From the NCBI RefSeq assembly GCF_009914755.1, contig NC_060931.1: a stretch of DNA of 64,000 nt; one strand, given 5' to 3'. Shown here in pieces: positions 1 to 17,254 of this stretch. The stretch comes from the human T2T-CHM13v2.0 reference genome, Homo sapiens. The translations under genes and the position numbers were made by a program. Position 1 is the first letter of the stretch, and each line of letters starts with the position of its first letter. The notes beneath the pieces were generated by a model. That model was not told where the DNA came from, ran no database searches, and saw only the letters and a program-made list of their open reading frames with translations.

Positions 1-264
1 ATTATGCTCTTAACATGACCTCTTAAACTCTAATCGTTTTTTATCCTGATTTTCATGATAGAAAAACCTTATATATTTCCCTAATTAATTGATGGGATTT
101 TAGTAAAACTTCAATTCTGAAATGTTTTAAGATGGACCAACCAACACCCATCCTTTGAGAGCTTACATAAGGCTAAGAACATTGAAGGTACCACTGGGAC
201 CCCACGGGAAAACATGTAACTCTTGTTTGTGAAACACAGTCTTCCTATTTTGACATAGGGTTTG

Positions 265-644
265 TGATATGGTTTGGATTTGTGTCCCCACCCAAATCTC
301 ATGTCAAGCTGTAATCTCTAGTGTAAGAGGAGGGGTTTGGCAGGAGGTGATTGGATCATGGGGGCAGATTCCCTCCTTGTTGTTATCATGCTAGTTAGTT
401 CTCATGAGATCTGATTGTTTAAAAGTGTGTAGCACCTCCCCTTTCACTCTCTCCCTCCTGCTCTGGCCATGTAAGACATGCCTCCTTCCTCTTCACCTTT
501 CACCATGATTGTGAGTTTCCTGAAGCCTCTCCAGCCATGTTTCCTGTACAGACTGTAGAACCATGAGCCAATTAAACCCCTTTTCTTTATAAATTACCCA
601 GTCTCAGGCATTTCTTTATACCAGTGTGAGAACAGACTAATACA
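265..644 (+). mobile_element. MSTA-like solo LTR (ERVL-MaLR)
   Basis: Starts TGATATGGTTTGGATTTGTGTCCCCACCCAAATCTC, ends GAACAGACTAATACA, with typical MST internal blocks. Confidence 0.9.
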
Positions 645-2650
645 GATGCTTGTTTGGTTTGGATTTTTTTTGTATAGGTCAAGTACTATCTTATTTTTCT
701 AGTAGGTTTTCCTATTCCTCTCACATACATACAAAAAAAGAATTCTCATATTTAATAGCCGTCTTCATTGCTTACCAAAAGACCACCAGTGAAGTACATA
801 AATATATAAATTACACAAAAAAGTATTTTTAATACTGAAAAAATAAAGACAAGAGGAAATCATTTTCAGCTTCACTGTCACACAGCCCATTTCTATTCTT
901 AGCCAGCCTGGGTCTTCCACAGAAGAGCACCCGCTAGGTCAGGGTTTGCTTCCCTGACATGGAAACACTGCAGCCAACTGCCTTTGAGTGGGTGTCCCAT
1001 CAGCCTCCAAGGCCACATTTCCTGTGGGAGGGAATTCCTGATGCTGGAATCCTTGCTAACTTCCTTTTCCAAAACTGATTGCTTCATATAGGGACATGTT
1101 TTCTCTGCTTCTATAGGTCCCAAAGGACATAGAAACATTCCAATGAACAGCTCTGAGGTGATCTTCCTCCATTTTCTTTCTTACAAGCTAAGGGCTCATT
1201 TCCTTCAACTTAATTTGTATAGAGTAGAACCTTTTTGGTTACAGATACAGATACAATGAGAGATATCTAGATGAGAAGATGTCATGTTCTATTTTGATCC
1301 ATTCATAATGAATTGGTTTGGTCCCTTTGCCATTGCTAGCTGACTGTGGCTTCCTAGGGCACTGTTTGGAGAGAGGTCTGAAGCTGCCTCTGGCCATAGT
1401 CAACAAATAATATCTGTCATGAGCATGGGAGGGAATGTAGCAGGATGCCCAAGAAGCATTAGCCATCTTTGATTATAATTGGCTTTTTGTTTCTGAGCTT
1501 ATTTCTATAACCTTAGAAGTTTTGTTCATTTATAGATATTATACATATAATATACATATAAAAGAAAAAATACTGTGCTTTTTTTTCTTGGATCAACAAA
1601 GAAGTTTAAACAGTCCAGTGCTCTTAAATCTGGGAAGCCTTAATGCTAAGCATTGAGTATATAAATTTATATCCTAAATAAAACTTTGGCCAGAATACTA
1701 TATTCTGTACTTTCAAAAATACTTTTGTAGTTACGATTTTTCCTACTATCATTAATAGTAGTAGTAATTGTAGCATTACTAGTAATTGTAACTCTCTTAA
1801 AACCCAACTTGGTATAATTTTGGCTGGCATATAACATCATCAGTAAAGTATTTTCACATAATACTCACAAAAATAGAGAACTTTATTTTTACAATTCACA
1901 CATGCTAGGTGGCTAAGGGCTAAAGAAATACCATGAATGTTTCTGGTTTTTACCAAAGATCAGTTATATGTTTTGTATAATTGAGGGAGTAACACAACCC
2001 AAAAGTTAGAATTTGCATACTTTTTGAGAAATTAGTCAAGAAAATAGCAATGTGCTGCTCTAAGCATTAGAGGTTCCCAAGTCTGTGCTTCAGAATGGGA
2101 TTATCTGGGAAACCTGGTAGAGAAGACAGTTTGTTTTTCTTTTTAAAAAGTGTTGAGCTGTGGTTTAGGGTATTAAATAATAAAAACTCATCTCTATTTT
2201 CCATATCCACATATTTATAATATTTTACTCTTTATGGGCAAAAATTTATTCTTTCAAACCACCCCCTACTATGCCTCAACATGTCTATTACATTAAAATT
2301 ATCTCATATGTAGAGCAAGAAGAGGAATTCACCTGGAAAATTAGCTAACAGTCATCTTAACAATTGATTTCCACAAACCACCACATGACACATGTGAATA
2401 TGCTCTTCACAGGAGTTTCCACTCAAATGTGGACTACAAAACAAACATTCATATTGATAACATGTCTTTGTGACTTTCCCAGTTTTTAAAAGCATGTCAA
2501 ATAGCCATCTGAAAATACGTTTCCATGAAATGTAATGGTACTTCTTTCTAGTGGTAATATACCTATCATTGTTTTCCACTAAGTACTTGACATGGCCTTT
2601 GTAAATAAACTTTACTAAAAAATGAATTCTAGGTTGTCTGACTTGCTTAC

Positions 2651-2750
2651 CATCGGCCAGTATCTTGTTGAGGTTCACACCTCTTAGGACCGAACACACG
2701 GACTCGAAAGATAGATTTCTGCTCAGAGTAACAAATGGATTCAGAAAAAT
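2651..2750 (-). other. Candidate 100-bp internal exon of an unidentified minus-strand transcript
   Basis: Minus strand acceptor ATATTTCTCAG|ATT and strong donor ATG|GTAAGC. Four CpGs retained. Two frames are open; the phase-1 frame reads FSESICYSEQKSIFRVRVFGPKRCEPQQDTGR. Confidence 0.5.
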
Positions 2751-3239
2751 CTGAGAAATATTTTTTCCATAATCTTGTCAAGTAGCATGTATAAAAGGAG
2801 GAAAGTCTTGTCATATTTCATCATGATGTTTATATGCTTAGTCATACCTATTGTCTTACAATGGCCCTGAAATGCAATAACACTGAATAATATTTTAAAA
2901 TGTGTTGAGGTTCATATTGGGATACAATAGCAGGAATGTTCAATTTCACTATTTATTGGAGACAATGTCTTTGGGGTGACTAGGAAGCCAATGCTTCTTT
3001 TAACTTATGTTGCATTTGCTTACTAACACATCTAACAAAGCCATATTGTAGGACTTAAAGACTTTAAACTTAAATTCCATGATCCCATTTTACCACAATT
3101 TTTATTTTTAAAACTATCAAAAGTCTAAGATAATCAACAGCAGAAGATACGGTATGTGTAGGAAAACTAGGACAGTTCTACACTCATATATGAGACTCTG
3201 CAAGCCAGATAGAAATCGATCTAAGCAGCTCTTCTTTAT

Positions 3240-3490
3240 CACAGCAGTGCAGCATGTACGTTAAGTTTACGCTGTCCTCCAGGCACCCCTAGACAGGAAT
3301 CACAGCTCAAAAACTTTCTAGCTATGTGTTCCAGTACAAGTGACTTCAGACATTTCTGTTTTGAGTTTTCTCAGATATAAAATGGGGGTAATTATAGTCT
3401 TACCTCAAAAGGCGATATGAGAATTAAATGAATAAATAGACATGAAACAGCACTTAAAACAGCTTCAAGCACATTAACGAGTGTCATTTA
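3240..3490 (+). mobile_element. MIR SINE
   Basis: Core resembles MIR (TGAGTTTTCTCAGATATAAAATGGGGGTAAT...GAGAATTAAATGA). Confidence 0.75.
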
Positions 3491-5487
3491 AGAACTGGGA
3501 AGAAAATATGATGCCAGAGGGTTTGGTGAATAAGCAGTTGTTATTTAGGAGCATGAATTAACAATAAAACAATGAAATCTATTATCTAAAACTGGAAAAG
3601 ATATAACCAGGTGTGTGGTGTTGACAGTTTTCAGCCTTTGGTTCACCTAGTCTTTGTATAGTAATGTCTTGCATGATGCATTAGACTCTGACACAGATTG
3701 CAATGCCTATTCATGTTTCACAGGACTGATTTCAGAGAATTTCCTAAGACACATAGGCTGAATGACAAATGGACAACTACCAAAGACGTTTTTAGACCAC
3801 TGTAATCATTTATGAAATAATGTATAAAATGTATGGGCTTTACATTTTAAAATCATAATGGTATCTTTTTATACACAATGTATTCTCTGGGTTTTCTTTA
3901 GGTAATTAATTCAGTCTGGCAGAAAGCTAGGCACACATTCTCAGAAATTGTAAAGAATTGGGATGATTGTGTATGCCATCTGTATTAAATGGCATTATTT
4001 ATGAAACATTAGCTATTAGCAAGTAACTTTATAATTATTGTATAAAGAATGAAGCTATGAGGCAAGATAATCCAGTTTAAAGGCCAAGTATTAACACTAT
4101 TAGGTTCCTAACATGGCCACAGCATACAGTACAAAACGGTATCACAGAATTTTAAAAATAAAATAGATCTTAGAATCCGTATGGTCTAGCCTCCTAGATT
4201 TTGTACCTGAGTAATCTATGATTAATAGTAATGTGCATAAATCAACTAGGGTACCAGCTATGATGTTAAAGAATCCCCCCAAAAAATTAGGCCCCTAAAC
4301 TGTCTGCTAGTTTTTCTTTTAAAGTAATCCTAAATACCTCCTTGTTGCAAAGTTCAACACTTTTCCCTCTAAATTGATATTGTTTGGTGATTAAATTGAG
4401 TAATATGTTTCATTTTACAGACAATAGGTAGAAAACATTAGGTCATCTTTGATTAACTGCTAAATATCTTTCTTGGCTTATTGCCTCTATATATTTTTCA
4501 AATGATTTATTATAGAGATTCTCAATGATTTGTGTCAGCCAGGCTGCAAAGTAAAAAGGGGCTCAGCTGCAAAATCAGGGAAACCATTAGTAACAACGTG
4601 AAAGCTTCTCTTATAATATAGCTTAACAGAATGAAAATGGAAGTGGAGTTTTTTTATTTAGTTTTGTTTTATTTTGCCTGTAACCTTTTCCTATCGCATC
4701 GCTGCTTAAAACCACATTGCCATCTTCCTTCCTTGAAAAGACCCAACGGATCATATCTTTGCTGTTGGCACTTCTTGGAGATGAGCATTTGAAGATACCA
4801 GCTAGAACTTCACCTCTGTCAATTCTAACCTAAGATTTAAATACCACATCACCACAGGCAAATGGTATACATTTATGGGAAAGAAAGCGCTTTATTTATC
4901 TTACTAATGTGATTTTATGGATGAGTAGAATGCATGCAGTGCTTGCAGTCATTCTGTCCAAGGATCTGTCATGTTCAGACAGAGATATCTGGTGCTTGAC
5001 GGAGGATGGCATCCACGCTGCATTGGCATTTTATTAAATCCTGCAAATAGCACTATACTCTGCTTAAACACAATGGCATATCAAAAGCTGAGCGACTTTC
5101 TTTTCCAGGAGCTTCCATTGATGTTAAAAAAACTAAAAATGGCTCTAACCACTGACAGAGTGATACTAATGAGAAGAACTTGAGCATTGGCAAGAGTCAG
5201 AATATGTCAAGTTATTTCCGTAATCACATGAATATATCCCTCGCTGTACCCCTTTTTGTAGAAGATCAAGAACTGCCTTGAACTGTTGATCCAGTGTCTT
5301 TATTGTACTCCTTCAAATTAATTTTTTTTAAATTAATTTAAAATTGAATACTTTTAAAATTAAAATATTTAATTTAGTAAATAAAATTAAATATTAATAA
5401 AGAGGGTAACATTCTGTGCCCCTACCACCAAAACATTTAAATAAGCAACACACACACACACACATCCCTACACACACACACACAGAA

Positions 5488-5816
5488 TTAGGTCCATAAT
5501 TCCTCTTCTGAAACTCAGGGATAGCTATATTTCAAAATTCAAAATTTTTGATGAATTTTAAAATGTAACAGCCTGTAAACTATACATTATTTAATATTTC
5601 TGCCATGGCCTGGGTTAGCATCTGAAAATAAAACACATTAACATCTTTATGGCAGAAATATGAATTCACCCTCAAGAAAAATAAATAACAACACAAAGGC
5701 CTCATCAATTCAGAGTAGGTTTTGCCACCAAATGAGTTTTTCACAAACCTATGAAAAGTTGGTTTTCATAACTTGCTTGAATTTTGGAATTGTAAATGAG
5801 GGATGGTGGGCTTATA
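5488..5816 (-). mobile_element. Non-autonomous Tigger-type DNA transposon (TcMar-Tigger, Tigger10-like)
   Basis: Degenerate terminal inverted repeats (AGGTCCATAATTCCTCTTCTGAAA and TTGTAAATGAGGGATGGTGGGCTT) with TA at the right end. Confidence 0.6.
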
Positions 5817-6229
5817 TAACAAAATCCATTTGGAGCTTCATTCATTCTGCCTTTTTGAATGCAATTGAAACTGGATTTGGAACATTATTTGATCTTGTAT
5901 ACAAAAATGCAGTTACCGAATAAAGTATGCTTTGTGTCTATCATTTAAGTATTAGTCTATTTCTGAAATCTCTATTGCTATAAAAGTGTAAATTAATCTG
6001 TTTTTATCTTGTCAGTAGATTATATTAGCTGGAAGGATAAAACTTAGCAAAAAATTATTTAAAATAATTGTATATAAAAATCTTATTAAGTGAAACAGAT
6101 TAAAAAGGTCTTTTTCATTGCAATTATTTAGAAATAAGACAAATGTATCAATTGACAGAGATTATATTTTGACCTGCTTATTGTTTCAGTGTTTAATACT
6201 TAAGAGAATTTTTACAGTGAATCTATGTT

Positions 6230-6752
6230 TTGCAGCGTAAGTTTTAATTCAGATACGTGAGAACCATAGATCAGGAAACAATGCCATTAAAAATATCATT
6301 TGTTACTCACAGTTCGCAAATGGAGGCACCTGCCAAGCCACAGGTGGCCAAACAAGGAAGTACCAGGGTCAGTCAGGAGGCAGAAGGAATGAGGAGGATA
6401 TGTGGGCAAGAGCCTTTGGGGGTTTTGCAATAAAGAATAGGAGGGCAGGATAACCGGCTTAGCATTGGTTCATTTGAAAGACTTCAGTGAGGTCTGGGGT
6501 GTCCTTCATTGTCTGGTACCTGGCTTTGGGTGACAGGGTGGGTAGATTAGTGGCTCAGAGTATGAGAGACTACTAAAGGAGGTAGTGGGGACTGACTCTG
6601 GATTAGCTGGTTTGCATATGAAAGACACTCTCACTGGCAGGCTAGTCATTTGCTGTCTCTAGGAATTACCTAGCCCTGGGAAGGGCAGTCTCTCCAGTGT
6701 CAGTGAGATGTCAAAGTATCAAATACAGAAACTGGAAACAGTGGTTATTACC
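6230..6752 (-). mobile_element. ERVL solo LTR, MER76-like
   Basis: Blocks such as TTTGTTACTCACAGTTC, GTCAGGAGGCAGA and TTTGCATATGAAAG match the recalled MER76 reverse strand. Confidence 0.65.
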
Positions 6753-7239
6753 ATCTACAAATGCACAAAGTCATACAAATTTAAACCAATCAAAGAAATT
6801 ATTTCCTTATTAGCTTTATCGTAGTTCTTTCCTATTTTAATAGCAAATATATTCAATTGCTACTTTTTTGCCCATTTTTATTTAGTTTAAAAGCTGAATT
6901 GTGCTCAAGGTGTGATGATGTATGACATAGTGCACGCTCAAGGAATGTTAAACTTACCCCCTTCACCACACTTCCTCTCCCTTTTCCTTGTTTTCATTCA
7001 TTTATTGAATATTTACTAAGAACCCACTATGTACAATGCTAGATACCAGGGATGCATCTCTTAGTCATCATGGAGTGAATAGCGACTACAGATGTTCAAT
7101 AAATAACTACAAGCAGAATTATTTGGCACCCTAGGATGCCAGGAGAAAGTATTGTAAAGAGGTATCATGCCCTCATTAGTCTGAATTCAAGTGCATGTCA
7201 TGTAAATAATTTTTAATATAATTTAAGACAGTTGAGTTA

Positions 7240-7633
<394 letters not shown>

Positions 7634-9357
7634 AATATATATGTATATATGTATTACATGAAGAAATGTATCAATAAGACATAGAGTAGATATCTAAATT
7701 ATGAGTTTTCATTATGCCCTTAAGACTGTTCCATTCTGTTGTATTATTTATTGGGAGTTGCCTCCTATATTTGTTAGGTACATAGACGCTGGCAACTCAA
7801 GGCAATAAAAAACCATCAAGTATGAGAGTAGCTTGATGATTTTGTATTTTTCTGGGTAGTTTGTTCTTAAGTTTTCATTTAATAAAACATTAATTAATAA
7901 AACATTAATTAGTACTTTTGAACATATTTAACTTTTTCTGGGATGTGCTAATTTTAAAACCTCATACTGAGTTAGATAATACAAGGCTATGAGCAAAACA
8001 GTGTGAATCCTCTGCTGCTATGAATGCAAGGTTAACAAATAGCTGCTCTTCAGGCACAAAACAGGGACACCTTTTTGATTCTGTGGTTACCAAGGTCACA
8101 GCTATCTTCAGCCTTGTGCCTGCTGGCAAAGGAAGGCTTCCTGGTCCTTGACTTCAGCCTTCACATTCTTGCTAGTGTAATAGCACACGGCCAAGGATGA
8201 GACACAAATAACAGCACAGCCTCTAGGGCCTTCCCTCTCCATCCTTCCTCCCGCTTTGCCTTTCTTTTCTTCTTTAGTATAATGTGCTAATACCATGCTA
8301 TCTCTGTTCTAGAGTGGCAAAAATAATTATTTTTATAAATATCATAATATCCTACATCTACAAGAGAGTTCAAAAGGGTATCTAACCTATCTTTTTATTT
8401 ATGCTTATGATTAATAAAATTTTACACAGCTGTATGTGGTTCAAAAAAGTGATTTATGTGATAAGGTTTTTGCAATAATAAAAATGTTTGTTCTCTATGA
8501 ATTATCAATTTATCATGAGAATCTCCATAAACTTGTCATAAATGCTTTCCAAATAAAACTGTCATAATACTATGAAACATTATCTCAGCTACATTAGGGA
8601 CTATCTTTTAACCAATCTATTTTCATTCTTCTTTTGTAGATAACCTGTCTGTTTTCTTTTTTAATAACTCAGTTTCTGAATAGACACCCAAAGCACTTTG
8701 TTCTTTGATATCATGTTTTCTATTAAATGACTTGTTGCACATTAACAGTAAAATTTAATAAAAACAGGTTTTTTTTGTAATATTAGTGCCTTATCTGAGA
8801 TATTTTGGCATATAATAATATATCTTACAAATATGACAACATTTTCAATAAAGATGCATTTCCCTGATTACCAGAGATTCCTGACAAAACTGAGATGGAA
8901 GGAGCAACCTCAGTGTTTTTAGTTTAATTTTTTAATGACCTTTCCGTTCAGTTTCTTACTAAAGGAGTTGTATATGTTAGATCCTTTGCACTATAGCCTA
9001 GATGCCTTCTCAGGACTCAGGAAAATGAAGGTCTGTTTTGTTGCTATCAATTTTAAATTCTGGCAACAACGTTGAACTCTAAATCAGGTTGGAATCTTTC
9101 TTAAGTTTTCTTGAGATTAAAGAGCTAATGCTGTTTAAAATCCACTTAAAGTATGCCTTTACTGATGTCTGGCTGTTAGGATCAGTTATGCTGGGGTTGA
9201 AGCTTCCAGGGAACCCCTCTGCCCACCTAACTGAACTCTACTCCCATCTTTACATTAAAAGCCATCTGTGTAGGCTCAGTGTTTCCTGAAGTGTGAGCTA
9301 TGAACCACCTACCTCATAATCCACTGCAATATTTATTAGAGATGCTTGTTTGGTGGC

Positions 9358-9798
9358 TGTAATCAATAGTGTCCTGCCCCCAAAATTCACATCCACCTAG
9401 AACCTCAGAATGTATCCTTATTTGTAAATAGGGTCTTTGCACATATAATTAGTTAAGGTTATACTGAACTAGGACAGGCTCAAATTCAATGACTGATGTC
9501 TTTATAAGAAGAAGAAGAAGAGAGGACACAGACACACAGGGAGGAAGGCAATGAAAAATAGAGGCAGACATTGGAGTGATGCAGTTACCAGCCAAAGAAT
9601 GCCAAGGATTGCCACTAATCAACAGAAGCCAAAAGAGTGAAGGAAGCATTTTTTTCCTTAGAGCATTGAGAGGGAGCATGGTCCTGCCAACACCTTGATT
9701 TCAGACTTCCAGCTTCCAGAACTGTGAGAATAAATTTGTGTTGTTTTAAGCCACTTTGTTTGAGGTAGTCTGTTACAGCAGTCCTAGGAAGCTAACAG
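9358..9798 (+). mobile_element. MLT1C-like solo LTR
   Basis: CCCCCAAAATTCACATCCAC...GAACCTCAGAATGT...CTTGATTTCAGACTTCCAG...AATAAATTTGTGTTGTTTTAAGCCAC. Confidence 0.85.
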
Positions 9799-10019
9799 AG
9801 TGGACTTAAGCCTTCTAGCTGTTTCCAATGTTCCCCTAAGTGCTCACTACAGTGGGGCCATCATAAAAGCAAGGAAGCCATTCTTACAGGCCATTATCCT
9901 GGGATAGAGTCTTTCCCCATGCTATGGGCCTAATGCCCACAGAAGCTGTTCTTGCTACAGTTACTAACAATGGCAATGGGGTCAAGTCCAAGAGTCTCTT
10001 CTGAGTTCCTCTCTTACTT

Positions 10020-10248
10020 GAGCTTTCTGCTGTGCTTATCACTGTTGATAATTTCATCTAAACCCTTGGTTCTGATTCCACACTCACCATGCTCCCCTCA
10101 TAGCCTTGATCCTCTGGCTCTGTCACTCTACCGTTGTTGCATCCTCCTTCTCTGCCTGTCCTTCAATGTGGGGATCTTCCATGCCCAGCAGAGGCCCTCT
10201 CCACGTCTCTTACAAACTCACCCAAGAAAATTTATTCCTGCACCTTAG
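10020..10248 (+). mobile_element. L2 relic, left half (split by the L1 insertion)
   Basis: Degenerate L2 RT-region sequence that continues at 16413 after the L1 TSD. Left boundary approximate. Confidence 0.65.
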
Positions 10249-10359
10249 GGGGTGGAGCCAAGATGGCCAAATAGGAACAGCTCTAGTCTACAGCTCCCAG
10301 TGTGAGCGACACAGAAGACGGGTGATTTCTGCATTTCCAACTGAGGTACCAGGTTCATC

Positions 10360-10698
10360 TCACACGGGAGTGCCGGACAGCAGATGCAGGACTGGGTGCA
10401 ATGCACCGTGCGTGAGCTGAAGAAGGGCGACGCATCGCCTCACCCAGGAAGCGCAAGGGGTCAGGGAACTCCCTTTCCTAGTCAAAGAAAGGGGTGACAG
10501 ACGGCACCTGGAAAATCGGGTCACTACAACCCTAATACTGTGCTTTTCCAACAGGCTTATCAAACGGCACACTAGGATATTATATCCCACACCTGGCTTG
10601 GAGGGTCCTATGCCCATGGAGCCTCGCTCATTGCTGGCACAGCAGTCTGAGATCAAACTGCAAGGTGGCAGCGAGGCTGGGGGAGAGGCGCCCGCCAT
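10360..10698 (-). CDS. L1 antisense ORF0, open, 112 aa
   Basis: MAGASPPASLPPCSLISDCCASN matches primate L1 ORF0. Donors CAG|GTGTGG (10593) and CAG|GTGCCG (10508) are intact. Expression is not shown. Confidence 0.7.
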   Translation of the reverse strand: MAGASPPASLPPCSLISDCCASNERGSMGIGPSKPGVGYNILVCRLISLLEKHSIRVVVTRFSRCRLSPLSLTRKGSSLTPCASWVRRCVALLQLTHGALHPVLHLLSGTPV

Positions 10699-11273
10699 TG
10701 CTCAGGCTTGAGTACATAAACAAAGCAGCCCGGAAGCTCGAACTGGGTGGAGCCCACCACAGCTCAAGGAGGCCTGACTGCCTCTGTAGACTCCACCTCT
10801 GGGGGCAGGGCACAGACAAATAAAAGACAGCAATAACCTCTGCAGACTTAAATGTCCCTGTCTGACAGCTTTGAAGAGAGTAGTGATTCTCCCAGCACAC
10901 AGCTTGAGATCTGAGTATGGGCAGACTGCCTCCTCAAGTGGGTCCCTGACCCCCGAGTAGCCTAACTGGGAGGCGCCCCCAAGTAGGGGCGGACTGACAC
11001 CTCACATGGCTGGGTACTCCTCTGAGACAAAACTTCCAGAGGAATGATCAGGCAGCAGCATTAGCAGTTCACCAATATCCGCTGTTCTGCAGCCACCGCT
11101 GCTGATACCCAGGCAAACAGGGTCTGGAGTGGACCGCCAGTAAACTCCAACAGACCTGCAGCTGAGGGTCATGACTGTTAGAAGGAAAACTAACAAACAA
11201 AAAGGACATCCACACCAAAACCCCATCTGTACATCACAATCATCAAAGACCAAAGGTAGATAAAACCACAAAG

Positions 11274-12291
11274 ATGGGGAAAAAACAGAGCAGAAAAACC
11301 AGAAACTCTAAAAATCAGAGCGCCTCTCCTCCTCCAAAGGAACGCAGCTCCTCACCCGCAACAGAAAAAAGCTGGACGGAAAATGACTTTGACAAGCTGA
11401 GAGAGGAAGGCTACAGAAGATCAAACTACTCCAAGCTAAAGGAGGAAGTTCGAACCAATGGCAAAGAAGTTAAAAACTTTGAAAAAAAAACTAGACGAAT
11501 GGATAACTAGAATAACCAATGCAGAGAAGTCCTTAAAGGACCTGATGGAGCTGAAAACCACGGCACAAGAACTACGCAACGAATGCACAAACCTCAGTAA
11601 CCGATGCGATCAACTGGAAGAAACGGTATCAGCGATGGAAGGCAAAATGAATGAAATGAAGTGTGAAGAGAAGTTTAGAGAAAAAAGCATAAAAAGAAAT
11701 GAACAAAGCCTCCAAGAAATATGGGACTATGTGAAAAGACCAAATCTACATCTAATTGGTGTACCTGAAAGTGATGGGGAGAATGGAACCAAGTTGGAAA
11801 ACACTCTGCAGGATATTATCCAGGAGAACTTCCCCAATCTAGCAAAGCAGGCCAACATTCAAATTCAGGAAATACAGAGAATGCCACAAAGATACTCCTC
11901 AAGAAGAGCAACTCCAAGACACATAATTGTCAGATTCACCAAAGTTGAAATGAAGGAAAAAATGTTAAGGGCAGCCAGAGAGAAAGGTCAGGTTATCCAC
12001 AAAGGGAAGCCTATCAGACTAAAAGCTGATCTCTCGGCAGAAACTCTACAAGTCAGAAGAGAGTGGGGGCCAATATTCAACATTCTTAAAGAAAAGAGTT
12101 TTCAACCCAGAATTTCATATCCAGCCAAACTAAGCTTCATAAGTGAAGGAGAAATAAAATACTTTACAGACAAGCAAATGCTGAGAGATTTTGTCACCAC
12201 CAGGCCTGCCTTACAAGAGCTCCTGAAGGAAGCACTAAACATGGAAAGGAACAACCGGTACCAGCCACTGCAAAAACATGCCAAATTGTAA
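11274..12291 (+). pseudogene. L1 ORF1p, frameshifted in the A-run near 11485
   Basis: ORFs 11274-11510 (MGKKQSRK) and 11458-12291 (coiled coil, RRM and CTD, ending QKHAKL). Confidence 0.95.
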
Positions 12292-12354
12292 AGACCATCA
12301 AGGCTAGGAAGAAGCTGCATCAACTAACGAGCAAAATAACCAGCTAACATCATA

Positions 12355-16168
<3,814 letters not shown>

Positions 16169-16412
16169 ACAATGAGAACACATGGACACAGGAAGGGGAA
16201 CATCACACACCAGGGCCTGTTGTGGGGTAGGGGGAGGGGGGAGGGATAGCATTAGGAGATATACCTAATGCTAAATGATGAGTTAATGGGTGCAGCACAC
16301 CAACATGGCACATTTATACATATGTAACAAACCTGCACATTGTGCACATGTACCCTAAAACTTAAAAGTATAATAATAATTAAAAAAAAGAAAATTTATT
16401 CCTGCACCTTAG

Positions 16413-16700
16413 CTTTGCATACCTCTCTATGTTGACAATTTCTGAATATTTATCTCAAGCCTAGATCTCTCTTTTGGGCTGCAAACTCATACATTAAACC
16501 ACTGATGAATAACTCACTCTGTATGTAATATTGGCAAGTCAACTTTTACATATCCGACATTCAACTCATTACTTTCCTCTCCAAGGCTGCAGTTCTTCCT
16601 GTGTTCCCTGCTCAGTGAATGATACAACAGCCTGCCCATTGCTAAAGCCAAGAACCTAGACTCCTCTATCTTCCTCATATGGTTCCCTAGACTCCTCTAT
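16413..16700 (+). mobile_element. L2 relic, right half
   Basis: TATGTTGACAAT (degenerate YADD codons) followed by typical L2 sequence (CTTCCTGTGTTCCCTGCTCAGTGAATG...AAGCCAAGAACCTAG). Confidence 0.75.
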
Positions 16701-16986
16701 CTTACATACAGGGGCATCTCAATGGTGACAAGCTGGACAGGAGAACTGCTACCATTTGTAAAAACATGCAGGTGACATAGCATTTCCACTAAGCACCCTC
16801 CAGCTAGCAACTTCCATTTAATCCAAAACAAAGGACCTTAATCCCCCATAATAAGGGGGATTAAGGTTATCCCTGTATGTAAGTCCTCAGTAAACCCTAC
16901 GTCTCATTCGCTGCTTCTAGGTCTTTTATTTGACCTCTCAGACATGGTGCCATTCCTACTGGAGTCAACAGGGGTTCAGCATGACA
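16701..16986. mobile_element. Rearranged ERVL LTR fragment (MER54/MER74-like): 16701-16847 minus, 16855-16986 plus
   Basis: Plus-strand LTR 3' end (GTAAACCCTACGTCTCATTCGCTG...CATGACA) preceded by an inverted upstream LTR segment with duplicated 13-bp ends. Confidence 0.65.
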
Positions 16987-17254
16987 GTGGGTAAATTACA
17001 AAACACTCATGAATAAGAGCAGTGGCTAAGAGTTCCACATTATGGTGCTTCTCAAAGTAGCCAGGAAGTTGACATTCAAGAGAAAACTATTGTTTCAATA
17101 CAATACAGATCTTTAATCAAAGGTATCCACAAAATTCCTCTGTCAACCACTGGAGAAAAGCATAATATCAGATTTAGGTAGAGATTAAGGAGATAAAAGC
17201 TTAAAGGTGAAGTATTCAGGAAGAAGAAAACAATTTTAATGTGGGGAAGGCATG

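Noticed and set aside
900-1140. NF-kB-like GGGAATTCCT and ETS-like motifs in a GC-richer patch
   Set aside because: Short imperfect motifs cannot support an enhancer call without chromatin data.
4971-5183. 70-aa ORF with a good acceptor (CTTTCTTTTCCAG) near 5108
   Set aside because: No convincing donor, stops follow soon and no recognisable homology.
7880-7909. 15-bp tandem duplication (similar 20-bp one near 32130-32166)
   Set aside because: Routine slippage duplications in AT-rich DNA.
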